Assembly (NCBI GenBank): GCA_040954595.2
Contig: CM082587.2
Span: 11,041,403 to 11,105,402, forward strand
DNA length: 64,000 nucleotides
Source of the DNA: Balanoglossus misakiensis
Taxonomy: Eukaryota; Animalia; Hemichordata
Direction of reading: 5' to 3'
This document shows, one piece after another, positions 39,088 to 50,248 of this stretch (positions are counted from its first letter, which is position 1; the number at the start of each line of letters is the position of its first letter). The translations under genes were made by a program, and so were the position numbers. The notes under the pieces are model-generated. The model was not told where the DNA came from. It saw nothing but the letters and a program-made list of their open reading frames with translations, and ran no database searches.

Positions 39088-42000
39088 TTAGCAACGGTGA
39101 TCAAGTCGGATTTCCTTCGGCCTGGCTCTGCAAAAGACCCGACAATCTAGTACAAAGATGTTGGCTAAGTCGGGCAAACCGAAGAGGGAAAGTCACAGCG
39201 GGTCAACACTCGACATTTGTTCGGGTAGGACTGCATTATTGCCTGTCAATTTATAGAGAAAGCCCGAATTTAACCAGGGCGTTTCAAACACCGACGTTAG
39301 TTGGGGGCACGGCCTGCAGTACTGCCGGGTAAGCTGACATCGGCGTACCGCATATAATGTAAGGGGGGGGGGGGAAACAGAACGGTTCAATACTACATTT
39401 ATTAGATATCAGCTAATTTTGGACAATCATCTAAAATCTAAATCATTTTTTTCATATTTGGATATCTGATGATGTATGAAATTTCCATTATATGTAAAAA
39501 TGGTGCTGATTATAAAAAATGCACTCTGAATGAGTTGATTTAATACAAAATTGCGTTTTATTCGTTTTTGCACCAAAAAGGTCATTTTTAGGCAAAACAT
39601 TCTTTATTTTTTTAATTCGGTGACCTGATCATATATAAACAATTGCTTGTATGTTAAAAGTTTTTATGACTTTTTAAAGCAGTGACACTCGCGGCATTCA
39701 ACACGAAAATAACAATTTTAGTCACAATTTGGTCAAAATGGTAAATTTTTGAAAATTACAAAAAATACCTGTTTTCTACATTTTCGGAAATCTGATGGAG
39801 TATAGAATGCTCTTCGTATGTATATATCGATACAAATTCCACAAAAGACAGTCTAATTTAGCTCACTACAGACAAAATTGCGTTTTACCAAATTTTCCTT
39901 GAAAATGTCATTTTTAGAAGAAAAAAAATAAAAAAACCTTTTTTCTTCGAATTTGGAGCCCTGATCATATATGACATGTTGATTGTATGTTGGTTGTATG
40001 TGAAATAGCCATTTTGGCCATATTTTGACAAAAATGGTAAATTTTAAAAAAATCATTAAAAATTAACTCTCTTCTTTTTCGGAAATATTATGGAGCATGA
40101 AGTATCGTTCTCTTGTAAAAAGTGCTGCAAATTCCAGAAAAGGCGGTATAATTTGAATCACCCAAGACAAAATTACCATTTTCGACTTTTTTTCGAAAAA
40201 TTGTCTTTTTTACAAAATAAATAAGAATAAATTCTTTTCTTAGTTTCAAACGGGTAGAGATACTTTCCACACGGGTTTTCTAACATTGAATTCCCGTTCA
40301 TCAACTCAGATTTCCTACAGCATAAGTCGGCTAAAACCCTGACACTCTAGAGCAGAAACAGTTGCACACTGGTAACGTTGAACAAGTCGATTTTTCTACG
40401 GCCTGGCTCGGCTAAATCTCCGTCGCTATATGACAGACACTAGCGTACGTTAGCAACGGTGATCAAGTCAGATTTTCTACGGCATGGCTTGGATAAAGCC
40501 CCGGCACTCTAGAGCAGAAACACGCGTACAGAGACCACGTTGATCAAGTCTGATCTCCTACGGCTTGGCTCGACTAAAACCCCGGCACACTATGACAGAC
40601 ACTAGCGTTCGTTAGCAACGTTGATCAAGTCAGATTTCCTACGGCATGGCTTGGCTAAAGCCCTGGCACTCTAGAGCAGAAACACGCGTACAGAGACCAC
40701 GTTGATCTACTCACATTTCCTTCGGCCTGGCACGGCTGATGCCCCGGCACTATATATAGGACACAGACTGGCGTAATTTAACAACGGTAATCACGTCGGG
40801 TTTCCTACGGCCTGGCTCAGCTGAAGCCCCGGCACTCTAGAGCAGAAACAGGCGTACATTGACCACGTTGATCAAGTCAGATTTCCTACGGCGTGACTCG
40901 GCTGGTGCACCGGCTCTATATGACACAGACTGGCGTAAGTTATCAACGGTGATTACGTCGGATTTCCTACGGCCTGGTTTAGCTGAAGCCCCGGCACTTT
41001 AGAGCGGAAACACGCGTACATTGACCACGATGAACAAGTCAGATCTCCTACGACCTGGCTCGACTAAAACCCCGGCACGCCATGACAGACACTAGCGTTC
41101 GTTAGCAACGGTGATCAAGTCGGATTTCCTTCGGCCTGGCTCTGCAAAAGACCCGACACTCTAGTACAAAGACGTTGGCTAAGTCGGGCAAACCGAAGAG
41201 GGAAAGTCACAGCGGGTCATCACTCGACATTTGTTCGGGTATTACTGCATTATTGCCTGTCAATTTATAGAGAAAGCCCGAATTTAACCAGGGCGTTTCA
41301 AACACCGACGTTAGTTGGGGGCACGGCCTGCAGTACTGCCGGGTAAGCTGACATCGGCGTACCGCATATAATGTAGGGGGGGGGGGAACAGAACGGTTCA
41401 ATACTACATTTATTAGATATCACCTAATTTTGGACAATCATCTAAAATCTAAATCATTTTTTCATATTTGGATATCTGATGGTGTATGAAATTTCCATTA
41501 TATGTAAAAAAAGTGCTGATTATAAAAAATGCACTCTGAATGAGCTGATTTAATACAAAATTGCGTTTTATTCGTTTTTGCACCAAAAAGGTCATTTTTA
41601 GGCAAAACATTCTTTATTTTTTTAATTCGGTGACCTGATCATATATAAACAATTGCTTGTATGTTAAAAGTTGATATGACTTTTAAAAGCAGTGACACAG
41701 GCGGCATTCAATACGAAAACAAACATTTTGGCCACAATTTGGTCAAAATGGTAATTTTTTGAAATTTACAAAAAATACCTGTTTTCTACATTTTCGGAAA
41801 TCTGATGGAGTATAGAATGCTCTTCGTATGTATATATCGATACAAATTTCATAAAAGACAGTCTAATTTGGCTCACTGCAGACAAAATTGCGTTTTACCA
41901 AATTTTACTTGAAAATGTCATTTTTAGAAGAAAAAAAAAGAAAAAAACCTTTGTTCTTCGAATTTGGTGCCCTGATCATATATGACATGTTGATTGTATG

Positions 42001-42197
42001 TTAAAACGTTCGACCACTCCAAAAATGCAGAGATATTGACCGAATTCAAGAAAAAATAGCCATTTTGGCCATATTTTGACAAAAATGGTAAATTTTTAAA
42101 AAATCATAAAAAATTAACTCTTTTCTTCATTTTCGGAAATATTATGGAGCATGAAGTGTCGTTCTCTTGTAAAAAGTGCTGCAAATTCCAGAAAAGG

Positions 42198-42575
42198 CAT
42201 TCTCGCCCCACCAGACTACGGATTTCTTTCGTTTCACTATCGAAATCACGTACTCTGGTTAAAATGGAGTACCGAGCTGGTATTTGAACATATTGGTAAT
42301 GCATATTCATGAGATGACATCATTATAATCTGGCCAATCAAAGCCCGTCTCTCAAGGAGAGCTGGGACAATAGCACTTCCACACTGGAAGCCGCCATGTT
42401 GTTTAGAATGAGATGTAATGAGATGCGTGAATGGGATGTAACAAGCAATCTGATTGGTTGTTGGGTGTACTATGAAAGCGCCTAGACCAAATACTGAATA
42501 CATGGCCGTATTATACCACGGCCTTTTTGGGGGGAGCAGAGCGCTGCCGTAAAAGGGCCGTGGTTTGCGACGATG
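42198..42575. mobile_element. 378-bp MITE with CA..TG ends and an 8-bp TSD (hAT/Zisupton/P-type signature; superfamily unresolved)
   Basis: TSD AGAAAAGG at 42190-42197 and 42576-42583; ends CATTCTCGC...GCGACGATG. The empty site is present in the paralogous units (~40136-40143 and, inverted, ~25095-25102). Confidence 0.88.
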
Positions 42576-43056
42576 AGAAAAGGCGGTATAATTTGAATCA
42601 CCCAAGACAAAATTACCATTTTCGACTTTTTTTCGAAAAATTGTCTTTTTTACAAAATAAATAAGAATAAATTCTATTCTTAGTTTCAAACGGGTAGAGA
42701 TACTTTCCACACGGGTTTTCTAACATTGGATTCCCGTTCATCAACTCAGATTTCCTACAGCATAAGTCGGCTAAAACCCTGACACTCTAGAGCAGAAACA
42801 GTTGCACACTGGTAACGTTGAACAAGTCGATTTTTCTATGGCCTGGCTCGGCTAAATCTCCGTCACAATATGACAGACACTATCGTACGTTAGCAACGGT
42901 GATCAAGTCCGATTTTCTACGGCATGGCTTGGATAAAGCCCCGGCACTCTAGAGCAGAAACACGCGTACAGAGACCACGTTGATCAAGTCTGATCTCCTA
43001 CGGCTTGGCTCGACTAAAACCCCGGCACACTATGACAGACACTAGCCTTCGTTAGC

Positions 43057-44732
43057 TGCATCACCCCAATATGTAATAATTAACCCAATATGTAATACTA
43101 ACCCAATATGTAATAACACTTAACCCAATATGTAACACTAACCCTATATGTAATAAACTTTAACCGAATATGTAATAACACCTTAACTCAATATGTAATA
43201 ACACTGCCCTAATGTATTTTAATGCTAAGCTAAATGAAATACACCAAATTAATATGAAATTATATCTGTATATGAATTGGAATCCTTACTAAACATGTTT
43301 TAAAACTAAACTCAAGGTTTTTCTTTAACCCAATATGTAATAACGGTGGCTTGTATTTTTTATACGAGGGGGGGGGGGTATATTTGTCTTTCTGGGAAAA
43401 GACCATAATATTATTTCATCTATTTTCAATAGAGGTGGTGATAGAGGGGGAAACCCTATTGATTAACATACTTCCCGCCTAACCCAACGAATTACTTGCA
43501 AGTTCCGGTAGCATTTGATAGTCCTGGTAAAGTTAACATAGTGATAGATTTACCTAACCTTTGCTTCCACATGAAATCAAGGTAAAATTTTGCTGTTTGA
43601 ACCTCTAGCTTTATGCTATATTTCGCAAAACTATTACTATCGGCTGTTAGTATACGGATCCACCCACTAGAGGACTGCAACCACCGGGCTAATTCGCCAC
43701 ATTTGTCCCGTATCACCCGAGGTGGGGAGGCCCCGGGGGTACGCTGGGGATTAGAAAATTTTGTAAAATAAAGGGTGCGAAACTGCATTTTGTGGACTCA
43801 AAAGCACAAGTTTTGTGGCATAAGTATGTGAACCCCCTAAACGTTTTTTTTAAAAAAAAGATGACCCCCCCCCCGCTTTTGGACTTCAAAATTAAGAAAG
43901 GTATACTTGACGCGTAAGGCATTCAATATAAGTATCTGTTTCACTTTTGACGGGCAAGTAGTGTGCACGGATGGTAAAGTGTAACCCCCCTTGTCCCCAT
44001 CTGTACAAGTGAGGGTTGAAGTGTCCTGATGTATATGACTTAATTAATAAATCAGATTCTCTGTCTAAAATTTGGAAATTTTCCATGTCAATTATGTGTC
44101 CTAGGTATTCTCTGTATATGTCTGGGAGCTTCCATCTGAGACAATATTTTGATGTCACACATGCGTACACAACTTGATTTCACTACTTTTATAAAGACTT
44201 GAGTTTTACTTCAACTCTATTGGGTTAATATTACATATTCAAACACATTAGGGCAGTGTTATTACATATTGGGTTAAAGTGTTATTACATATTGGGTTAG
44301 TATTACATATTGGGTTAAGGTGTTATTACATATTGGGTTAGTATTACATATTGGGTTAAAGTGTTATTACATATTGGGTTAGTGTTACATATTGGTTTAA
44401 GTGGTATTACATATTGGGTTAGTGTTACATATTGGGTTAAAGTTTATTACATACAGGGTTAAAGTTTATTACATATAGGGTTAACTAATAACGTTTTTTT
44501 CATGTAGAATTAACGTTATTTCATGTAAAATTCAAGTCTATAACATATAGGGTTAACGCTTATTACATATGCAGCTAGCTGATAACGTTTATTACATGTA
44601 GAATTAAAGTTTATTACATATTGGGTTAAGTGTTATTACAAATTGGGTTAGCATTACATATTGGGTTAAGTGTTATTACATATTGGGTTAGTATTACACA
44701 TTGGGTTAATTATTACATATTGGGGTGATACA
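43057..44732. mobile_element. TG..CA TIR element with TAACCCAATATGTAATA minisatellite arms (Ginger2/TDD-like)
   Basis: TGCATCACCCCAATATGTAATAATTAACCCAAT...ATTGGGTTAATTATTACATATTGGGGTGATACA; ~19-23-bp repeats at 43061-43200 and 44220-44725; no matching TSD. Confidence 0.65.
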
Positions 44733-46440
44733 GACGCAGAGGTCGAGGAAAGGCAATTTCTTATCTGATTCTGGTTCTATGGTGAATTGAATATGAGGAT
44801 CTATACTGTTTATATGTTGTGTCAGTGAGTCTACCGCCTGTTCATCTGTATTCACAAAGGTGTCATCCACGTATCGCAGCCACAATGATGGTGGGTGGGG
44901 GGCTGTGGAGATAGCACGGTCTTCAAAGTACTCCATGTATAAGTTCGCTACAATGGGTGACACTGGTGACCCCATTGCAGCTCCATGGGTTTGCTGGTAG
45001 AATATCCCATCATACACAAAATACGTGGTTTTCAGACAGAACTCCAATAACTTGGTTATTTGTTCTACAGTGAGTTCTGATCGGTTGCTGAGGGTGTCAT
45101 CTGTCTTGAGTTTGTTTTGAGTGACTTCTAGTGCTTGGTCTACTGGGACACTAGTGAACAAGGCTAGGACATCATAGGAGACCAGTTTTTGGCCAGGTGA
45201 AATTCGCAGATCTTTCAGCTTGTCTACCAGTTCTTTACTGTTTTAATACTGTGTACTGTGTTACTGACAAGTGGTGTAAGGACTTCAGCTAGATGGCGCG
45301 CAACGTTGTAAGTGATGCTGCCACAGGTAGACACAATGGGTCGAAGTGGTGCGTCTGGTTTGTGTATTTTTGGTGTTCCGTACAGTTTGGGTACTTCTTC
45401 AGAGTTGGGGTACAGTTTCCAGTATAGTTTGTCACTAATGTTGCCTTCTTTCCTGATATCTCTCAACATGTTAACTAATTTGGTCTTGTGTCTGGAAGTG
45501 GGATCTTTCTTCAGTGTCTTATAGGTGTTGTTGTCAGACAATAGAGTGTTAATTTTCTTTTTATAGTCAGCCATGTTCATCAACACTGTTGCCCTGCCTT
45601 TTTCAGCTGGTAGTACAATGATGGACTCGTCTTTACGTAATATTTGTAGGGCATGTCGCTCTTCCTTCGTTATGTTGGATTTGGATATTTTGGCCCGCTT
45701 TACTACTCGTACCACTTCACTTCTCAACTCAGCTGCTTTGGTTTCTGAGAGCTTACTGCATACTGTCTCTGTACCAGCGATGATCTCAGCAACTGGTACC
45801 TCGGTTGGCGTTATCGCAAAGTTCAGTCCCTTTTTCAGAATGGAGATTTCATTAGCATTTAGCTGTCTGTTGCTCAGATTGACTACCCATCTATCTGTGT
45901 TTACACTGGTGTTACTCACTGTGTGCTTCTCTTGTTTCTTTTTCCTCAGGTTTTCAAACTTGACCATTTGCCTAGCTTTGGTGACTTCATAGGTGTTACA
46001 ATGCACCGAGTCTAAGAGTCCCCTCACCTCCACTTGTTCGTTGGAATTCAGGATGGCGTCAAGTTGCTTTTGATGTTCATCTAGTTTGTCCCCCAGTTTT
46101 ATGATGGTATATGTGCACTGGCGAATGCGGACATTAATGAGTTGTTTCTCAGCTTTGGCCACGATCTTGTCAGCTTGTTTTCCGGTAACGTTAGAGTTGA
46201 GCTTTATGCTGGTCGGCGTGATGTTTTGCCGAAAACAACGGACGTTGAACTTCTTGTGGTTTTCCCATCGTACGATCTTTCCGCCTGTTGCTGAGACATC
46301 AACGCTGAATAATTAACACCATTGCGTGATCAAGCTCCGTTGTAGTCGGATCGAAACGTCGCACTGTTTCAAAAATACTGTTCCAAAGTGACTATATTTC
46401 ACTATCTACTTCGATTCTTGGAACCATGAACAATATATTT
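44733..46440 (-). mobile_element. Penelope-like retroelement (Poseidon-type RT), frameshifted and truncated before the GIY-YIG endonuclease, with an inverted upstream pLTR
   Basis: Motifs WVVNLS, LKKGLNFA, LPAEKGRATV, KDPT and LYGTPKIHKPDAPLRPIVS; a frameshift near 45240; then SYDVLALFTSVP, GAAMGSPVSP, RYVDDTF and LPFLD. Confidence 0.95.
46323..46363 (+). ncRNA. Minimal type I hammerhead ribozyme with a G3-C8 covariant core, in the inverted pLTR
   Basis: TGC-GTGATCA-A-GCTCCG-ttgtagt-CGGATC-GAAACGTC-GCA: stem I TGC/GCA, core GUGAUCA in place of CUGANGA, stem II with one mismatch, GAAA, palindromic ACGT stem III and a GUC cleavage triplet. Confidence 0.75.
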
Positions 46441-47628
46441 TCCATGAAGAGTACACAGTGGACAAATCCATTATGGATGAAAGACGAACAGAATCTAACG
46501 CCTTTTGACGTAATTCAACTGTAGACTGTAAAGAAACAGAACCAGACGCATGTGAGATCACTGAACAATCAGAGTCGGCTTCGCTATCAACAGCAACAGC
46601 AACAGCAACTCGCTTGGAATCCTCCTCAGATTCATCGGAGGACGCTTAGCAGAAAAAGTGGAAATCATTTCCAAAGATGAAAAGGATGACCTTGGACTAA
46701 AAAAATCCGAGTTCTGTTGCTGCCCTTCCTCGACCTCCATCGCAACACTTTGTACACTACCTGAAGTCTGTACCTGGTCACCCTGACCAGGCGTAATTTC
46801 GTCTGAAAAAACAGAACACTCAGCACCTGGGACAGAATCTTCACAAACGTGCTCTGCAGACGACTGCCCCAGAGCCGTATTGACCGCCGCCGCCACAATA
46901 TCATCAACTATTTTATTTACCACTTCCACGCTAGGGGACAGAGTGGCTTCCGACGTCGGTAGCCAAGACTTCGTCAGGGACACTCTATTGGCAAATGAAA
47001 GAGTGCAGTTTCTAAACACATGCCCCTCCCCCCACAAACGGAACACTTCACATCAAAGGTACATTTATTCACTTGGTGGCCCCAACTGACCACACCGGAA
47101 GCAACTAATGTTACTACATTCCTTGGCCAGGTGCCCCACCTGGCCACATCTAACACAGGTACGTGGCTGTCCAGGATAGGACAGCCACACGTTGCGCGTA
47201 CCAATCCTGATCGTCGAAGGGATGTTTTTTTTCAACCGCACACGATACTGCCTCGTACCATTGTTCACCGAAGGCTCCTCCCTGAAAACACACTTCCTGG
47301 CTGCCAGGACCGTCCCGTACCCAGACAAAATCCGCTGGACAAAATTGTCGTCCAACTCATTATCAATATACAAGGCAGTCAGCGTAACAACATCAGAACT
47401 ATAAGTCTGAGTTTCGAACTCTTTCGCACCCCTCAAGACGTCTTCAAACTGACGTCTAAAAGACAATGTCCTAAACGTTACATCTACACATCGACCCGGC
47501 AATCTTTGGACCGCCTCCAGATGGGTCTCTGCACACACACCCGCCTCACGCAATAACTCAAAAATCCTACCCGACCCACTCACACCCTCCCGAAACTTCA
47601 ACAACAAGGTGCGGTCTTTACGCACCAT
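46441..47628 (-). pseudogene. Tx1/L1-clade ORF1 (ZCCHC3-like RRM region plus three CCHC knuckles), frameshifted
   Basis: ...VNNGTRQYRVRLKKNIPSTIRIG..VWLSYPGQPRTCVRCGQVGHLAKEC, CFRCGQLG/HQVNKC and CSVCG/GEGHVFRNCTLSFAN. The Penelope insertion cuts it at ~46440; ORF2 is absent. Confidence 0.88.
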
Positions 47629-47815
47629 ACTGAAGCGAAAATAAAAACGGCAAAGAAAAATGAGAAGCTAAAAAAGAAGCAACTCACGCTCACGTCCACC
47701 TGGCTGATACCAAAAGAAAAGAAGAAACGAAGCTCCACGAGGACGTCGAACGATGAAAAAACCACCTGTAGAAATACTCTTCTTGGATTGGATATAACAC
47801 ACCAGTAACAACCAA
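46441..47815 (-). mobile_element. Keno-like U2-targeting non-LTR retrotransposon, 5' part
   Basis: A ~190-bp 5' UTR and a Tx1-type ORF1 begin immediately after the U2 snRNA 5' fragment, in the same orientation. Confidence 0.78.
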
Positions 47816-47844
47816 TGATCTTAGCCAAAAGGCCGAGAAGCGAT
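47816..47844 (-). ncRNA. RNU2: U2 snRNA 5' fragment (nt 1-29), disrupted gene
   Basis: Minus strand ATCGCTTCTCGGCCTTTTGGCTAAGATCA is identical to the conserved metazoan U2 5' end. The branch-point-pairing GTGTAGTA that should follow is absent. Confidence 0.93.
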
Positions 47845-47888
47845 ACTGGCCGTCGGGCCGGAACTCTGGACGGTATCAAGCTCAACAA

Positions 47889-47910
47889 AACTTTATGTAT
47901 GGTTTGGTCG
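47889..47910 (-). promoter_or_regulatory. Candidate snRNA proximal sequence element (PSE)
   Basis: AACCATACATAAAG lies at about -60 to -47 from U2 +1. The position fits a PSE; the match to the vertebrate consensus is loose. Confidence 0.3.
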
Positions 47911-47953
47911 ATAGGTTGCTCATTAATCAAGGTCGCATGTTTTATATTTTTAC

Positions 47954-49980
47954 TATCTACACTGCGTAGTGATTGGTTGAGTGAATATGAATATTCATAA
48001 GATACCTATATATAATTGGAGTGCGCATACACCCAGCTGTCACATCACATCGAACGGTGCATGGATAACTAGAGAGCAGACCCTACTCCTCGCGGTACAG
48101 CATGCAGTCTACTTCACAACCTGTAGTGCAGGGTACTTCACAACTACAAGCACAGTAGCCAAAACCTCTGCAAAAGGATGGTAACCAACTACCAAGACGT
48201 GTGAGTGTACCAAGCGGTGTAATGGGTTCTGTGTCGGGTTCTACCTCTCAGGCAACTTTGCCTACCCAGGCTGCTGAGTTGAGACCGCCACCTCAAAACA
48301 AGGTGGTAAGTTGTTTTTCTGTGTTTTCAGTGCGATATTTATTCATATGAATTTTGTCATAGTGTACTTCAAGTTGAGTATGAAGATTTGGAAAAAGCGG
48401 TTTAGTTAGCTTTTGTACATGTGTGTTGGTACAAAAATTATGCAATAATTTACGGTAAGTATTTGAAAGGAAATCTGTGACGAGTTTATGACTTGTGAAT
48501 AGGTGATTACACAGGTGTGTACGTTTTCTGTATTGAAGTGGTTTGTCCTGTTGAGAGACATGAAGTATATAAGTTTTTGATATAATTAGTTTTGGGGTGT
48601 CCAGTGGGAGACACGCGTACGTATGCTTCATGATGAAAGTTGACACGTGTTTTGAATACTGAAATAGGGTGTCCAGTGGAAGACACGTAAGTTTTTGTGA
48701 TAAAATTTGACACGTGTATTGAATACTGAAATTGGGAGTCCAGTGGGAGACACGTAATTTTTTGTGTGTCCCATGAGAGACATGTGATTGGCCGATTACA
48801 TAGGTATGCATATTGAAGTAGGATGTGTCCTGTTGAGAGACATGTAAATTTTTATGCGTGGATTTTGTTTGAGTATTTATGTGATTCACATAGTGATTGG
48901 CTGATTATACAGGTGTGCGTAGTTGTATGGGATTGTCCTATTGAGAGACATGTAATATTTGACGAGTGATGAATTATGTATGAATACTGGGCAAAGGTGT
49001 TTCAATGGGAAACATGTGATATAGTAATGATTATTTGATTTTGCAGTTGTGCATGTGTGAAATTTGTTTTCTTTCCGGATGTTTATTTGATGTTATTATT
49101 TCGATAGCCCTTAGGTATAGTCAGCTCACTAAATGCTGGCTTGCCTTAAAAAAAAAAGGGCCTTGGGCCAGAGAGAAAAAAAATCTTGTTCATCGGATTT
49201 TTTGGACCAAGGTCCAGGAGCGGCGAGCGAATATTTTTATTTTTATTTGTTGTTTAGGCTGAAAGTAAATGCGGTTTTTGCACAGATGCAGAAAAGGCGA
49301 GATAATTGTTTCCCTTTTTACCAGAAATATCTCAGACAAAAAACACTGATACATGTACTTGTAACTGAATTCAATACTATATTTCCCAACAATAACATAG
49401 GCAATTAACTTTACAGTTGGTGTTTGCACAACATATTCTGGCCACCAGCGGCAGTGACTAAGAATGTTGTAACACGGAAGTAGAATATTTGCCGAGATCC
49501 CCCCCCCCAAAAAAAAATTCCAAATCATCCAAAGTAGAAGCGACGATTCCGATGAACAATTTATTTTTCTTCCTGGCCTTGGGGGTTTAATCATAACCCC
49601 CTGGTTGTGTGTCTTATGCTACTGTTATTTTCTTTATCGACAAAATTATTGATAGTATTTTCTCCCATGGTTTTTCTTCTTAGTCTCTTAACCCGATGTC
49701 TGGTATGAGTGCATGGGAACGTAATGTGATTTTTGATCCAAGAGAGGCAATGAAAGACAGATTGCTTAGACAAGTTCGATGGACGGGATGGAAAGCCGGG
49801 CTCGAGTCTCCTCCCGTGCTGATATATGGCTGTGGGGTTGTTTTGTGTTGATGAGGTTTGGAGAGAAGGCATGAGAGAAGGGGTGATTATGAATCTAAAG
49901 AAGTAATATTTGGGGGGACCAGGGGGTCCTTGACCACTCCACTACTAAATCATACGAAAACATACTACGCAGTGGGGATA
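47954..49980. mobile_element. ~2.0-kb non-autonomous element with 17-bp imperfect TIRs (TATC..GATA)
   Basis: TATCTACACTGCGTAGT...ACTACGCAGTGGGGATA; internal degenerate GTCCAGTGGGAGACACGT repeats at ~48545-48950. Confidence 0.7.
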
Positions 49981-49986
49981 AGGAAC

Positions 49987-50248
49987 TATCTACACTGCGT
50001 AGTGATTGGTTGATTGAATATGAATATTCATAAGATACCTATATATAATTGGAGTGCGCATACACCCAGGTGTCACATCACATCGAATGGTGCATGGAAA
50101 ACTCCCGCCCACCCACCCAAAATCACTGTACCGCGAGGAGTGGCAACCTGTTTTTCTTCCTCTCTGCGTAACACAAGGGTCCCCAACCAGGGGGTCCTTG
50201 ACCACTCCACTACTAAATCATACGAAAACATACTACGCAGTGGGGATA
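49987..50248. mobile_element. 262-bp short derivative with the same termini, flanked by AGGAAC on both sides
   Basis: The first ~110 bp match 47954-48065 and the last ~62 bp match 49919-49980. AGGAAC lies at 49981-49986 and 50249-50254. Confidence 0.8.

Larger units (their letters stand above)
37636..43056. repeat. Tandem array of a ~2.0-kb unit (~2.2 copies plus insertions) with internal ~80/161-bp subrepeats
   Basis: Period ~2014 bp (39193 vs 41207). The subrepeat GTTAGCAACG.TGATCAAGTCAGATTT.CTACGGCATGGC recurs at 37637, 37797, 40450, 40611 and 42889. Confidence 0.92.
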
